Virus record (IMG/VR): IMGVR_UViG_3300036546_000202
Location: 1 to 45,605 of that record
Reading direction: 5' to 3' (one strand)
From: a virus
Taxonomy: Duplodnaviria; Caudoviricetes
Length of the DNA stretch: 45,605 nt
The notes below the pieces were generated by a model. It was not told the DNA's origin. It did no database searches and saw only the letters and a list, made by a program, of their open reading frames with translations. Below are positions 1-8,385 of the stretch, in pieces; position 1 is the stretch's first letter, and the number at the start of each line of letters is the position of its first letter. Both the position numbers and the translations under genes were made by a program.

Positions 1-1678
1 TATCCATGGCATACATGACAGCAGAAGAGCAAGTGATCTTTTCCAGAGCCTGTAACAAATATACCAGCAGTTTGTGAGGAGAATCCACATAGATTCTAGT
101 ACCCACCAGCGATTCGATGTAGCCCTCGCCCTTGTCTGCAGTCTTCCAATAGAAGTTCTCCAGCTTAGAGATCAGGTTCTTAAACCCTGGTACAGCAGAT
201 GTAAACCCTTTCTTTAGAGTATTGCCTTGTTTGGCTTTCTGGGTGCCAAAGATGTAACTCCACAACTTAGCGCCAGCAGCGCCAAACAAGAAAGCATAGA
301 GCACTCGTTTTGCTGCACTTCGAGGCACCTCATGCTGAATCCCCATTTCATACAATACTTCTGTCAGCTTGTCTGCATTGTACTGGTGCACATCACCATT
401 CAGGATCAAGTCAATGTACTCAGGAGACTGCAAATAGTAAGCAAGACCACGGGCTTGGTTGCCCGAAGAGTCACAACCAACTACTTTCCAACCCTTCCTG
501 GCAATGAAGAGCTTACGCATCTCAGGGCCGTATAGAGAGTCACTTCCAGGCACATTCACAATAATCGAGTGACGAGCACGCATGCTAGGTGTGCCGATCA
601 AGAAGCAATCACCCTTGATCACTGTCCCTTCGGGTGTTTCAACAAGATTTTCTAGCCAGGTTTTCAGTATACCATGCCTAGACTTGATAGTCAGGTATTC
701 GAGGTAGAGTTTACCATCACCTCCAAGAAACTCTAATGAGTCTTCTGTGATCTTTGGAGAAGTCCGCTCTTTCTTCAAAGTAACAGGATTCATCTTAAAG
801 TTATACTCGGTAGGCACCCAACCATTTCGGTATAGGAAGATCTTAACATCTCCTACAGAGCTCAGCTTCAAACGTGGAAATTCCACGCGGCAGTATTCGC
901 CCTCAACCAAGCGGTCGTCGTCCATACCTGTTTCAGGATCGATTTCAAACCATTTGGCAAGATGGTGATTGTAATTGCCATTGGCATTCCACTTAGGCTT
1001 CTTAACAGCAACGACACCCTTCACGCTATCTACTGCTACACATTTCCGCCCCAGCTTAGTCTCGACAATGCTTGTGATGTTGTTCAGTTTTTCTTCCATT
1101 TCAGCAAACAGCTCACGAGCATAGTCAGCATCGAAAGGCCAGCCGTTGTAGTTGGCCTTAGACACAAACTCAGAAGTTCGCATCTCCGCCCGGATGTACG
1201 TTGTTACAAGGCTGTTCTTCTGATAGGCGACAGAGAGCTCAGCAAGCAATATAGAATAGATCTCACAGTTAAGATCTACATCTCGTTCACCGTAGGTGAC
1301 CATTTCTTCACTGAACGTGTAGAAGTCATCATAATCCAGCTTAGGGTAGCCAAGAGCCTCACCCCAAACCTTCAATGAGTGGCCTTTGTTTCCAAAACGT
1401 TTGTAATTCAGAATCTGACTGAGAATTAGCGTGTCATGAATGCGGACGCATTTAGGCAGAGTAAAGCCAAACAGCTTGTGTAGTGCTGGTAAGTCAAAAC
1501 CAAAAATGTGATGACCAATCACAACCTCAGCATTGGATAGCACTTCCATCCAGCCAAAGTCGTGCTCTCTGTACGTGTAACGCTCCCCTGTGTCAAAATC
1601 TCTGACCATTACAAGCCAGCAACGGGTACACTCATGCAGAAGACCATTGGTCTCTATATCAAATACAACTCGTTTCAT
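1..1678 (-). CDS. Family A (T7-like) DNA polymerase, 3' end truncated by window edge
   Basis: Hand translation from ATG 1678 gives MKRVVFDIETNGLL...VIGHHIFGFDLPAL (ExoI/ExoII motifs), later VVGCDSSGNQARGLAYY (pol motif A) and RSAAKRVLYAFLFGA (motif B). It is absent from the ORF track, consistent with the frame running off the window. Confidence 0.93.
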   Translation of the reverse strand, partial: MKRVVFDIETNGLLHECTRCWLVMVRDFDTGERYTYREHDFGWMEVLSNAEVVIGHHIFGFDLPALHKLFGFTLPKCVRIHDTLILSQILNYKRFGNKGHSLKVWGEALGYPKLDYDDFYTFSEEMVTYGERDVDLNCEIYSILLAELSVAYQKNSLVTTYIRAEMRTSEFVSKANYNGWPFDADYARELFAEMEEKLNNITSIVETKLGRKCVAVDSVKGVVAVKKPKWNANGNYNHHLAKWFEIDPETGMDDDRLVEGEYCRVEFPRLKLSSVGDVKIFLYRNGWVPTEYNFKMNPVTLKKERTSPKITEDSLEFLGGDGKLYLEYLTIKSRHGILKTWLENLVETPEGTVIKGDCFLIGTPSMRARHSIIVNVPGSDSLYGPEMRKLFIARKGWKVVGCDSSGNQARGLAYYLQSPEYIDLILNGDVHQYNADKLTEVLYEMGIQHEVPRSAAKRVLYAFLFGAAGAKLWSYIFGTQKAKQGNTLKKGFTSAVPGFKNLISKLENFYWKTADKGEGYIESLVGTRIYVDSPHKLLVYLLQALEKITCSSAVMYAMD

Positions 1679-1717
1679 GCAATATGGGAGAGAGTTGCCC
1701 CTCTCCCCCTCCATCAA

Positions 1718-2311
1718 TTAGCGGCCAAGTTTCTTATGAATATCTTCAGCTAGGATAGGCTTCTTGCCATTCTTGATGAACTCAATGATGTAGTTCAAGT
1801 AGAAGTTGGCTTTTTCATACTCTTGCAGCTCATTGTCCTTACGGCCACAGCGATCCATATACTTGTCTACTTGGAGATGGACAGCATGGATGAAGCCATC
1901 AGGGTCATTCCGGTAGCGGGGCTTCCGGGACTCCACATCCAGCCATTGGTAGTGGTCAAGAAAGTCAGTATGGTGTTTAGGTCGAGCCGCATTCTGCTTC
2001 TCTTCTATGACCGGACTTGGTTCTCCTCTCATACGAGTAGGACGAGGATCGGCAGGTACAAAGTCCGCCTCTGCTTCCCGTCGCATAGACTCAGCGTACT
2101 CCAGTTGACTCCAATACTCATCAAATTCGTCTTCAGAGAAGAAAGCGATTGTGAGATTAGTCACATTATCTGTGACTTGAATATTGTACCCCATATCAAA
2201 GAGTTTGTCTATGGTTGAGACACCCAAGTCATTAAGAACATCACGGAGACTAGGATCAGTGGTAGTGGCTTTACGTTCACCGGCACGATAGACATCAAAA
2301 GTGTGTCGCAT
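1718..2311 (-). CDS. DUF3310-like (T7 gp1.7-like nucleotide kinase family) protein with N-terminal extension
   Basis: C-terminal PKHH...KYMDRCGRKDNELQEYEKANFYL matches the DUF3310 pattern; located in the replication module. Confidence 0.6.
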   Translation of the reverse strand: MRHTFDVYRAGERKATTTDPSLRDVLNDLGVSTIDKLFDMGYNIQVTDNVTNLTIAFFSEDEFDEYWSQLEYAESMRREAEADFVPADPRPTRMRGEPSPVIEEKQNAARPKHHTDFLDHYQWLDVESRKPRYRNDPDGFIHAVHLQVDKYMDRCGRKDNELQEYEKANFYLNYIIEFIKNGKKPILAEDIHKKLGR

Positions 2312-2368
2312 ACTTTACCTCTTGCATTTTAAAGGCTGCCATCATTACGATAGCAGCCGGGATGTTAA

Positions 2369-2971
2369 TCAGAAACTACGGGAAGGGTCTACTTTGGGAG
2401 ACGGTGAACGAGGTTTGAATGCATCATCCTCTGGTTCACTAGCAGCGGCATTTGCCTGAGAGTTGCTTTCTTCCTGCGGTTCTTGATGAACTACTTTTGT
2501 TCCTCCAGCTACAGTAGAGAAACTATCATCCGGACGGCTAGGTTTCGGAGTGTAAACAATGTGCTCAGTCAGCTGAACGCCCATTAGCACATTAGCGATA
2601 CCAGTAGATCCATCGTCACGAGTGTATTCATACTGGAAGATACGAACATTACCACGAGAACCATTGCCAATAGTACGTGGATCAACAGTGTTGAGATCAG
2701 CATCTACAACTTCAGGCGGTTCGCCCTGAGAGCCATCTGCCTTGATAACCTTCTTACGAAGAGTGGCAGTGAAGTAAGGAGCAGCACCATCTTCATCAGG
2801 GATGATGTCTTTTACTTTCAGGTTAGAAGCAATCCACTCTTTACGCTGTGCCTTGTCCGATGTACGGATTTGGACATCCCAACTAGGCTTTGCTTTAGAG
2901 AAGCGAGTGTTAGGACGAGAAGGGTCAAGATGAGCATACCACAGTTCAACATTTTCGAGGATCATTTTCAA
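2369..2971 (-). CDS. Single-stranded DNA-binding protein (T7 gp2.5-like)
   Basis: IGNGSRGNV and LMGVQL motifs, flexible acidic/Pro-rich tail ending in Phe, upstream of DNA polymerase. Confidence 0.75.
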   Translation of the reverse strand: MKMILENVELWYAHLDPSRPNTRFSKAKPSWDVQIRTSDKAQRKEWIASNLKVKDIIPDEDGAAPYFTATLRKKVIKADGSQGEPPEVVDADLNTVDPRTIGNGSRGNVRIFQYEYTRDDGSTGIANVLMGVQLTEHIVYTPKPSRPDDSFSTVAGGTKVVHQEPQEESNSQANAAASEPEDDAFKPRSPSPKVDPSRSF

Positions 2972-3020
2972 AGTTTCCTATTTGGGATAAGAGTATTGTA
3001 GGGCTGGAGCCTTTCAGGGC

Positions 3021-3037
3021 TAATTTAACGGGTTGGG
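3021..3037 (-). promoter_or_regulatory. Candidate phage-RNAP promoter, class 2 (CCCAACCCGTTAAATTA)
   Basis: 15/17 identical to 28417-28433; both copies are intergenic, in the same orientation, and head an operon. Confidence 0.45.
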
Positions 3038-3050
3038 TAGCAGGAGTTTG

Positions 3051-3416
3051 TTACTCCTCCTGCTGTTTAACCACATATTGACGCATAGGCTCTGTGGCTG
3101 TTTCCATGTCAACTAAAAGGAAGACACCGTAGCCATCATCGGAGATGATATGTAATTCTAGCCAGACTTGACCTTCAATAACCTCCGTATACTCTGGGGG
3201 CCAGTCTTTGTACTTGTCAATGTATGCGCTAACGCTGTGTGGCGATTCCGTGCCATCAGCAATCAGGATTTCTCCAAGCTCGGCCATTGACATGTCGAAC
3301 TCTTTCATACCAGCCCTGAATGACTGATTGTACACTTCCATAGCTGCCAGTTTTAGCACTTTGTTTTCTACTGATTGTATGTCAACCAGTGATGTAAGCT
3401 TTTTCATAATAGTCAC
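3051..3416 (-). CDS. Hypothetical protein
   Basis: 121-aa ORF abutting the RNAP stop codon. Confidence 0.7.
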   Translation of the reverse strand: MTIMKKLTSLVDIQSVENKVLKLAAMEVYNQSFRAGMKEFDMSMAELGEILIADGTESPHSVSAYIDKYKDWPPEYTEVIEGQVWLELHIISDDGYGVFLLVDMETATEPMRQYVVKQQEE

Positions 3417-5660
3417 CTAGATAAAAGCATATTCCGATTTGAGGACGTCTTTAATATTCAAAGCCCCTTTATCAAAGTCCACCTCCATGCCAATGTCAGC
3501 AAGGATGTGTCCGAGCACGTCATGAGAGTACAGCCTAACAAACTCTTCACGCACTATCCGGAAGAGATCGTCCATATCTCCCGGCAAACAACCAAACGAA
3601 TCGTGTATTGTTGTAACATCGAAGTCACACGCAACACAAGTCATGGCCAAGTGGGCGGCATCCAAACTGTGAATTATGTTTGGTGCTGCACCTTGAGCCT
3701 GCTTTCGCTTGGCTTTTTCTGGCAGCTCTGGGTGAGCCACCTTGATCTGGAGGGTGTTCTTATAGTACCCTGTGCTCAACCGCTCTCCTACCGGCGGCCC
3801 ATACTGCACCCAGATCTTTTTCACCGAGCCTTCTACATAATGTTGTACCACTAAGAAGTTGGTAATCGGCGTTGTCCAGTGTAAGAAATCGCCCCTGTCT
3901 TCAGCAGCTTGTCCTGCATCTGCAAAAGTGCTCAAAAGACGCATCGGCCTTTTCAAACACTCTCCACACACATCAAACAGCAGCCTGCCTAGAAAGGCAC
4001 CCCAAGAATGCTCCATCAAACTCAGGATTTCAATACCGTGTTTCCTTGAGTCAACGATTATTTGTTGCCCCAAGCCGTATGGCTTTGCCCCGTAGGGCAA
4101 TGTCATCGTACCTCGTTTTACTAGCTTGCGTCTGTCCTTGAGATCTTCAATACGAAGCCAGTAGAGAGGCGCTGCCCTTTTGATGATCTCTTTGTACTTA
4201 CTACGGTACCTAGAGATGTCCTCGGCCAGGCTCTTTCGTTCTGGGCTTCTCGGATCTGCTAGATCTGTACGTGCCTTTAAGTCTGTCAAAATGTGGATAC
4301 ATTGTTCTCCACTCTTGATGGCCTTTTCAGACATGCTCTCCCTGAGATTCATAAGGCGTTCCCACAAATTTTGACCTACATACCTGTAAAGGTCTCCTGG
4401 CATTTCTGATGGGACTAGGTTGACATGAGGTGCCGTCACTTCATCTAGGGTCAGGGCTGAGAGATGTTGGCTACCGTTGTTGCTTCCGTCGATATATACC
4501 ACAACTTGCGTAGGCATATCATAGTAGTCTTTTCCTTTTACAGCCTGAATTTCCCTGATACGTCTGAACTCCATACAGTTAGAGATCAGCTGCCACGGCT
4601 TATCTCCATTCATCCATCCTGGATAGACTTTAGGAGACGCGCCCCATTGAAGGATCATGTCTTCATTATCAAGCACCCACTGGTAACGATCGTCTGGTGG
4701 AATTTTGTCAGTCTTCTCACCATCTTCACGACCTGCATCATTCGCCCAGTTAGACGCTATACTGATACATAACCAATAGAACCCTCTCTCAGTTAGTGGT
4801 TTACCCTTAGCCCTCAGTATCAAGCCTTTGGCCAAGTCGCTGCCTTGCTCATTAAGGTATGCAGTAGAGCAATACCTACGGCCTCGGAAGTCAAGATAGT
4901 ACAGGTGGTAGAACTCTCTGTCAAGAAACATGGTTGCTATCGAGTTGATAGCCTTTATTTCCCGCTTCTTTGTTGCCATGGCTTCACGGCTGTGGGCTTT
5001 CCAGATATCATTAAATGCAGGCGCTCTGGTTTGAAAGCACCACATTTGCAGATCGTAGACTTCCCGATTAATACGCCACCCAACCCGTTGGGCGCGATTG
5101 ACTGACTCAAACATAATAGGCATGTTGCTGGGAGTTGCCCATTTTTTAACTGCCTTGTTTTTCGTCTTTATAAAGCGAGTCCCAGTTTCGGTATGAATGA
5201 AGCCTTCCCAATCCGCATAGGGCTTAGTGGAGGGTAGCTTAGTCAACCCCTCTGAATCAACACCCTCCCAGAGCTTTTGAATAGCATCATCATTAACAAC
5301 TGTAACAACGAAACTCTGATGTCCGCTCCGTCCAGCACCGAGCGAGACGTATAGCAGCTGCAACTCTTCAAAGGTGTAGACAATGAAAGCGCCTAGCTTG
5401 GCACACATACTAGAATCTTTTTTAATCCCCTTCTCTTCGAAGAAAGGATCTGCTACAGCCCTGCCCACTGCCATTATGATCTCGACAAAGAACAAAGGAT
5501 CGTCTGACCCTCTTTTGGGGCGAGTGTATAGGTACATGACTTCAATCATCTTATCATAATACTTCTCCCACTCCAACTCTTTAAAGATCTTCATCTTATT
5601 TCTTGATGATATTTCTTCTTCTACACGCCGTTGTAACGAATTTAAGATTGCTTGTTTCAT
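3417..5660 (-). CDS. T7-like single-subunit DNA-dependent RNA polymerase (747 aa)
   Basis: YYLDFRGRRY, motif A YIDGSNNGSQHL, motif B RKLVKRGTMTLPYG, APNIIHSLDAAHL, motif C TTIHDSF. Confidence 0.97.
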   Translation of the reverse strand: MKQAILNSLQRRVEEEISSRNKMKIFKELEWEKYYDKMIEVMYLYTRPKRGSDDPLFFVEIIMAVGRAVADPFFEEKGIKKDSSMCAKLGAFIVYTFEELQLLYVSLGAGRSGHQSFVVTVVNDDAIQKLWEGVDSEGLTKLPSTKPYADWEGFIHTETGTRFIKTKNKAVKKWATPSNMPIMFESVNRAQRVGWRINREVYDLQMWCFQTRAPAFNDIWKAHSREAMATKKREIKAINSIATMFLDREFYHLYYLDFRGRRYCSTAYLNEQGSDLAKGLILRAKGKPLTERGFYWLCISIASNWANDAGREDGEKTDKIPPDDRYQWVLDNEDMILQWGASPKVYPGWMNGDKPWQLISNCMEFRRIREIQAVKGKDYYDMPTQVVVYIDGSNNGSQHLSALTLDEVTAPHVNLVPSEMPGDLYRYVGQNLWERLMNLRESMSEKAIKSGEQCIHILTDLKARTDLADPRSPERKSLAEDISRYRSKYKEIIKRAAPLYWLRIEDLKDRRKLVKRGTMTLPYGAKPYGLGQQIIVDSRKHGIEILSLMEHSWGAFLGRLLFDVCGECLKRPMRLLSTFADAGQAAEDRGDFLHWTTPITNFLVVQHYVEGSVKKIWVQYGPPVGERLSTGYYKNTLQIKVAHPELPEKAKRKQAQGAAPNIIHSLDAAHLAMTCVACDFDVTTIHDSFGCLPGDMDDLFRIVREEFVRLYSHDVLGHILADIGMEVDFDKGALNIKDVLKSEYAFI

Positions 5661-5806
5661 AAGAATAGACCGAGAAGATTTTTAGCAGTAGTTGTAACTA
5701 CGAAGTAGATTCCGCTAATGATAAGTATTCCAGAAGCAACCCCTAGCACAACTCCTTTTAGGAAGCACTTCATTATCAACTGTAGGTGCACCCATTTTTC
5801 TCCCAT
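5657..5806 (-). CDS. Small membrane peptide (49 aa), not in ORF track
   Basis: MGEKWVHLQLIMKCFLKGVVLGVASGILIISGIYFVVTTTAKNLLGLFL; AGAGG RBS; stop overlaps RNAP start (ATGA). Confidence 0.6.
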   Translation of the reverse strand: MGEKWVHLQLIMKCFLKGVVLGVASGILIISGIYFVVTTTAKNLLGLFL

Positions 5807-5845
5807 GCGTAGCCTCTTATTTGAAAAAAAAAAATAAGGGGTAAG

Positions 5846-5875
5846 AAAAATAGAGTAGGGTTGCCCCTACTCTAT
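5846..5875 (-). terminator. Intrinsic terminator
   Basis: Stem ATAGAGTAGGG/CCCTACTCTAT, GCAA loop, followed by T-tract on the minus strand. Confidence 0.8.
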
Positions 5876-5878
5876 GTA

Positions 5879-6172
5879 TTATCCCTTAAAGTCATCTACT
5901 CGTTTCTTGCCCTCTTGAAGAGTTAGTTTTTCTTGCTCATTAAGATTTCCGGCTTTCTTATTTAATAGCCGCAAATACTTGATGTTAGCATCTGCTTCTT
6001 TTATTATCTTTCTATTTCTGGAAATGCTAGCTGCTATCTTACCCAATTCAAAGTTAGTGTCAGCCCCTCCTTTCACTAAATTAAAGAGTTTTCTTAAACC
6101 TTTTGCTATGTCATGTTCAAGCGTTTTTCCTTTCTCAAAGAAAGAATCCCAGATCACCATAGCTTCCACCAT
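5879..6172 (-). CDS. Hypothetical protein
   Basis: 97-aa basic ORF overlapping the upstream gene. Confidence 0.65.
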   Translation of the reverse strand: MVEAMVIWDSFFEKGKTLEHDIAKGLRKLFNLVKGGADTNFELGKIAASISRNRKIIKEADANIKYLRLLNKKAGNLNEQEKLTLQEGKKRVDDFKG

Positions 6173-6669
6173 TTGTTTTCTTGAGATTTTTCAGAAAAGT
6201 CTTTACTGACTGTTTCTATATAAGAATCCAGTCGGGCATCTGCCTCTTGCACTTTTCTTTGAACCTCCATATCCTGTGCCTCAATTAAGAGAGACAGTTT
6301 CGACATGGCTGCGCCATCACCTAGAGACAAGAGCTCAGAGTCAATATTTACCCTGCTTAAAGCATCGTCGAGGGTCATGTTAATCTCTACAAGTTCTTTC
6401 TGAAGGGATGAGATTTCTTGTTCCTTGAAGTCCGCCTCAGTATACGATTCCTGAAGAGCGTAGAGGAGAATAACAGCGGCTGCTATGACCACTAGAGCAA
6501 AGCCTGTTAAAAAGCCCATTAAGATGTTCTGAAACTCAATGAGCTTTAACAATTTCGCTTCACGATGCTTTGCAGCCATCTGCCATTCAGAAGAGGCGTC
6601 TGTTACTGCGCCCTCTTTTAACTCCAAGTTAACTTCTTCTAACTTTTTAATGATTTCTTCAATTTTCAT
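6154..6669 (-). CDS. Membrane-anchored coiled-coil protein
   Basis: One hydrophobic segment (ILMGFLTGFALVVIAAAVILLYAL) flanked by heptad-rich helices; AGGAG RBS. Confidence 0.75.
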   Translation of the reverse strand: MKIEEIIKKLEEVNLELKEGAVTDASSEWQMAAKHREAKLLKLIEFQNILMGFLTGFALVVIAAAVILLYALQESYTEADFKEQEISSLQKELVEINMTLDDALSRVNIDSELLSLGDGAAMSKLSLLIEAQDMEVQRKVQEADARLDSYIETVSKDFSEKSQENKWWKLW

Positions 6670-6720
6670 TTCGTTCTCCTAAATTTACTTTTCAGAGTAT
6701 TGGTTGCAATTACTTTGCAG

Positions 6721-6936
6721 TTATTTTACAATAGCTTGAAGAGCCCCAGCGAAACACCAGGTTCCTTCAGAGAAACCTATCACACTCTTTGGTGCTAGCC
6801 TTCTAGCCTCCTCCTCCTCGTGAGGGAAAAGACATTCCAGCGTACTCTCCGGCTTTGACAGAGGATAGCATGCGTTTCTCATTGTATGAGGGATAGCTGA
6901 CAGAGCGGCTAAAAAGGCAAAGAGCAGCTTCTTCAT
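6721..6936 (-). CDS. Hypothetical protein with hydrophobic N-terminus
   Basis: 71-aa ORF; AGAGG RBS supplied by the 36-bp repeat. Confidence 0.65.
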   Translation of the reverse strand: MKKLLFAFLAALSAIPHTMRNACYPLSKPESTLECLFPHEEEEARRLAPKSVIGFSEGTWCFAGALQAIVK

Positions 6937-6939
6937 AAG

Positions 6940-6975
6940 ACCTCTAGTTTAGGATTTATACTTTCCATATAAGAT
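6940..6975 (-). repeat. 36-bp direct repeat copy 1; candidate class 1 phage promoter plus RBS
   Basis: ATCTTATATGGAAAGTATAAATCCTAAACTAGAGGT; 35/36 identical to 7255-7290. Confidence 0.8.
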
Positions 6976-6977
6976 GC

Positions 6978-7247
6978 TCAATTTTCCGTATTTTTCTGCG
7001 CTACTCGACAGCTCCTTGCGGAGCCATTTGTGAAGATCCAAGTCTCTTCAATCAACCCTGTCACTTTCTCTGGCGCAACCACACGGGAGCCATTGGCAAA
7101 GTCACAGACCAATTCAACTTCACCTTTCTGAACTTGGCTTAAGAGCGCTCTCTGAGGGTCCAATGCCAGTAGTGCAGCAATGGCAGTGACAAAGAGAATT
7201 GCAGCCAGAACAACAGGAATGCGATTTTTAACTTCACTATGGTTCAT
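6978..7247 (-). CDS. Small membrane-anchored protein (89 aa; start MNHSEV)
   Basis: N-terminal TM segment and two Cys; start moved to ATG 7247 behind the repeat's AGAGG RBS. Confidence 0.7.
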   Translation of the reverse strand: MNHSEVKNRIPVVLAAILFVTAIAALLALDPQRALLSQVQKGEVELVCDFANGSRVVAPEKVTGLIEETWIFTNGSARSCRVAQKNTEN

Positions 7248-7254
7248 ATTACTT

Positions 7255-7290
7255 ACCTCTAGTTTAGGATTTTTACTTTCCATATAAGAT
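7255..7290 (-). repeat. 36-bp direct repeat copy 2; candidate class 1 phage promoter plus RBS
   Basis: ATCTTATATGGAAAGTAAAAATCCTAAACTAGAGGT. Confidence 0.8.
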
Positions 7291-7306
7291 ACCGTATTTT
7301 CCGCGT

Positions 7307-7777
7307 TTATTTCACGCGAGAAAGCACTTCAAACAGTCTCTTCGGCTCCTTGTGGTAGTAAACGTAGTCAGACTTTTGCTGTCGAACCCAGACAACACGA
7401 TTAGGGCGCATGTCCAGATGTATCATCGGCCTGGGCCCGTCATAGGCGGTGTCCACATACAGCCCAATCCCGCCAAAACCCATCGCCAGAGCGTGCATGA
7501 ACACGTTGAATGCGTCATCCCAATTGTTCAGGAAGATGTCTGTAGCGTCCGACTTCCGAGTCCATCCTTGAGTGGAGTGTCGGGAATTTCCACTGGCGCG
7601 GACATGAGCGCTGACCAGAGGGGACGGGCGCATAGAACACCCCGCACGCTTACGAAGTTTGAACAGCTCATCAAATAGCTCAGGAGCCATATCTTCGGTG
7701 ACATCTCCAGGCCACTCGCTCTTGGTAAAGAGAGCTCTGCCGGTCTTTTCGTCTATAGCTGCTGTCCAGTCAATCAT
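7307..7777 (-). CDS. Peptidase M15-family endolysin (Zn peptidoglycan peptidase)
   Basis: SRHS...DATDI and IHLDMR motifs typical of M15/Hedgehog-fold peptidases. Confidence 0.75.
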   Translation of the reverse strand: MIDWTAAIDEKTGRALFTKSEWPGDVTEDMAPELFDELFKLRKRAGCSMRPSPLVSAHVRASGNSRHSTQGWTRKSDATDIFLNNWDDAFNVFMHALAMGFGGIGLYVDTAYDGPRPMIHLDMRPNRVVWVRQQKSDYVYYHKEPKRLFEVLSRVK

Positions 7778-7796
7778 TGTAATACCTCTGAAGTTG

Positions 7797-7839
7797 AAAA
7801 AAGAAGGGGCCAGAGGCCACCGGAGTGGCCGCCTCTGGC
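7797..7839 (-). terminator. Intrinsic terminator at the end of the tail operon
   Basis: GC-rich stem GCCAGAGGC...GCCTCTGGC followed by CCCTTCTTTTTT. Confidence 0.65.
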
Positions 7840-7844
7840 GCGTT

Positions 7845-8375
7845 TCAGGAGGGCATGGGGGCAGCCATCCTCCTCCCCCGTTTTCGCCGGAGCGGGGCAG
7901 TTTGGTGCCGACTCGCTGGGGTAAGCCGTTTCAGCGCCAAGTAGCCCCGCCGTGTCCAGCCGAGTTTTTCCAGCATTCGTGTGAATATATAGGTTTCGTC
8001 TAAGTGAGAGCCAGTAGAAACGATAGCAGGGTAACCTTGTGTACGAGCGTACTCCTCCATCTCTTGGTGGAGGAGCTTTACCGCCCTAGCAGCAGCGATA
8101 CCTGTGTAAGAAGACGCAAAGAAGTATTGTTGGAAGATCTTTTCATCAGTAAAAGGGTGAGGCATGATTTTGCAGAGGATCCAGGCAGTGATATGGCCTT
8201 TATCTCTGATCAGACGGCACCACTCACCATTCTGTAAGGCTGCAGCTAAAGATTTACAACCCTTTTTGGGAGAGAGTTTAAAGAGAACATCACCTATCTT
8301 CGCTTCATCGTAGTCAACATAGAGTTTGACCATCTGGCGTATATCGTCTTGAGAGACTGGCCTTTCAATCCTCAT
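7845..8375 (-). CDS. GNAT-fold acetyltransferase-like protein (likely start MRIERP)
   Basis: GNAT-like layout (LLHQEMEEYARTQGY...MLEKLGW); GGGAG RBS before ATG 8375. Confidence 0.5.
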   Translation of the reverse strand: MRIERPVSQDDIRQMVKLYVDYDEAKIGDVLFKLSPKKGCKSLAAALQNGEWCRLIRDKGHITAWILCKIMPHPFTDEKIFQQYFFASSYTGIAAARAVKLLHQEMEEYARTQGYPAIVSTGSHLDETYIFTRMLEKLGWTRRGYLALKRLTPASRHQTAPLRRKRGRRMAAPMPS

Positions 8376-8385
8376 CCGTATCTCC

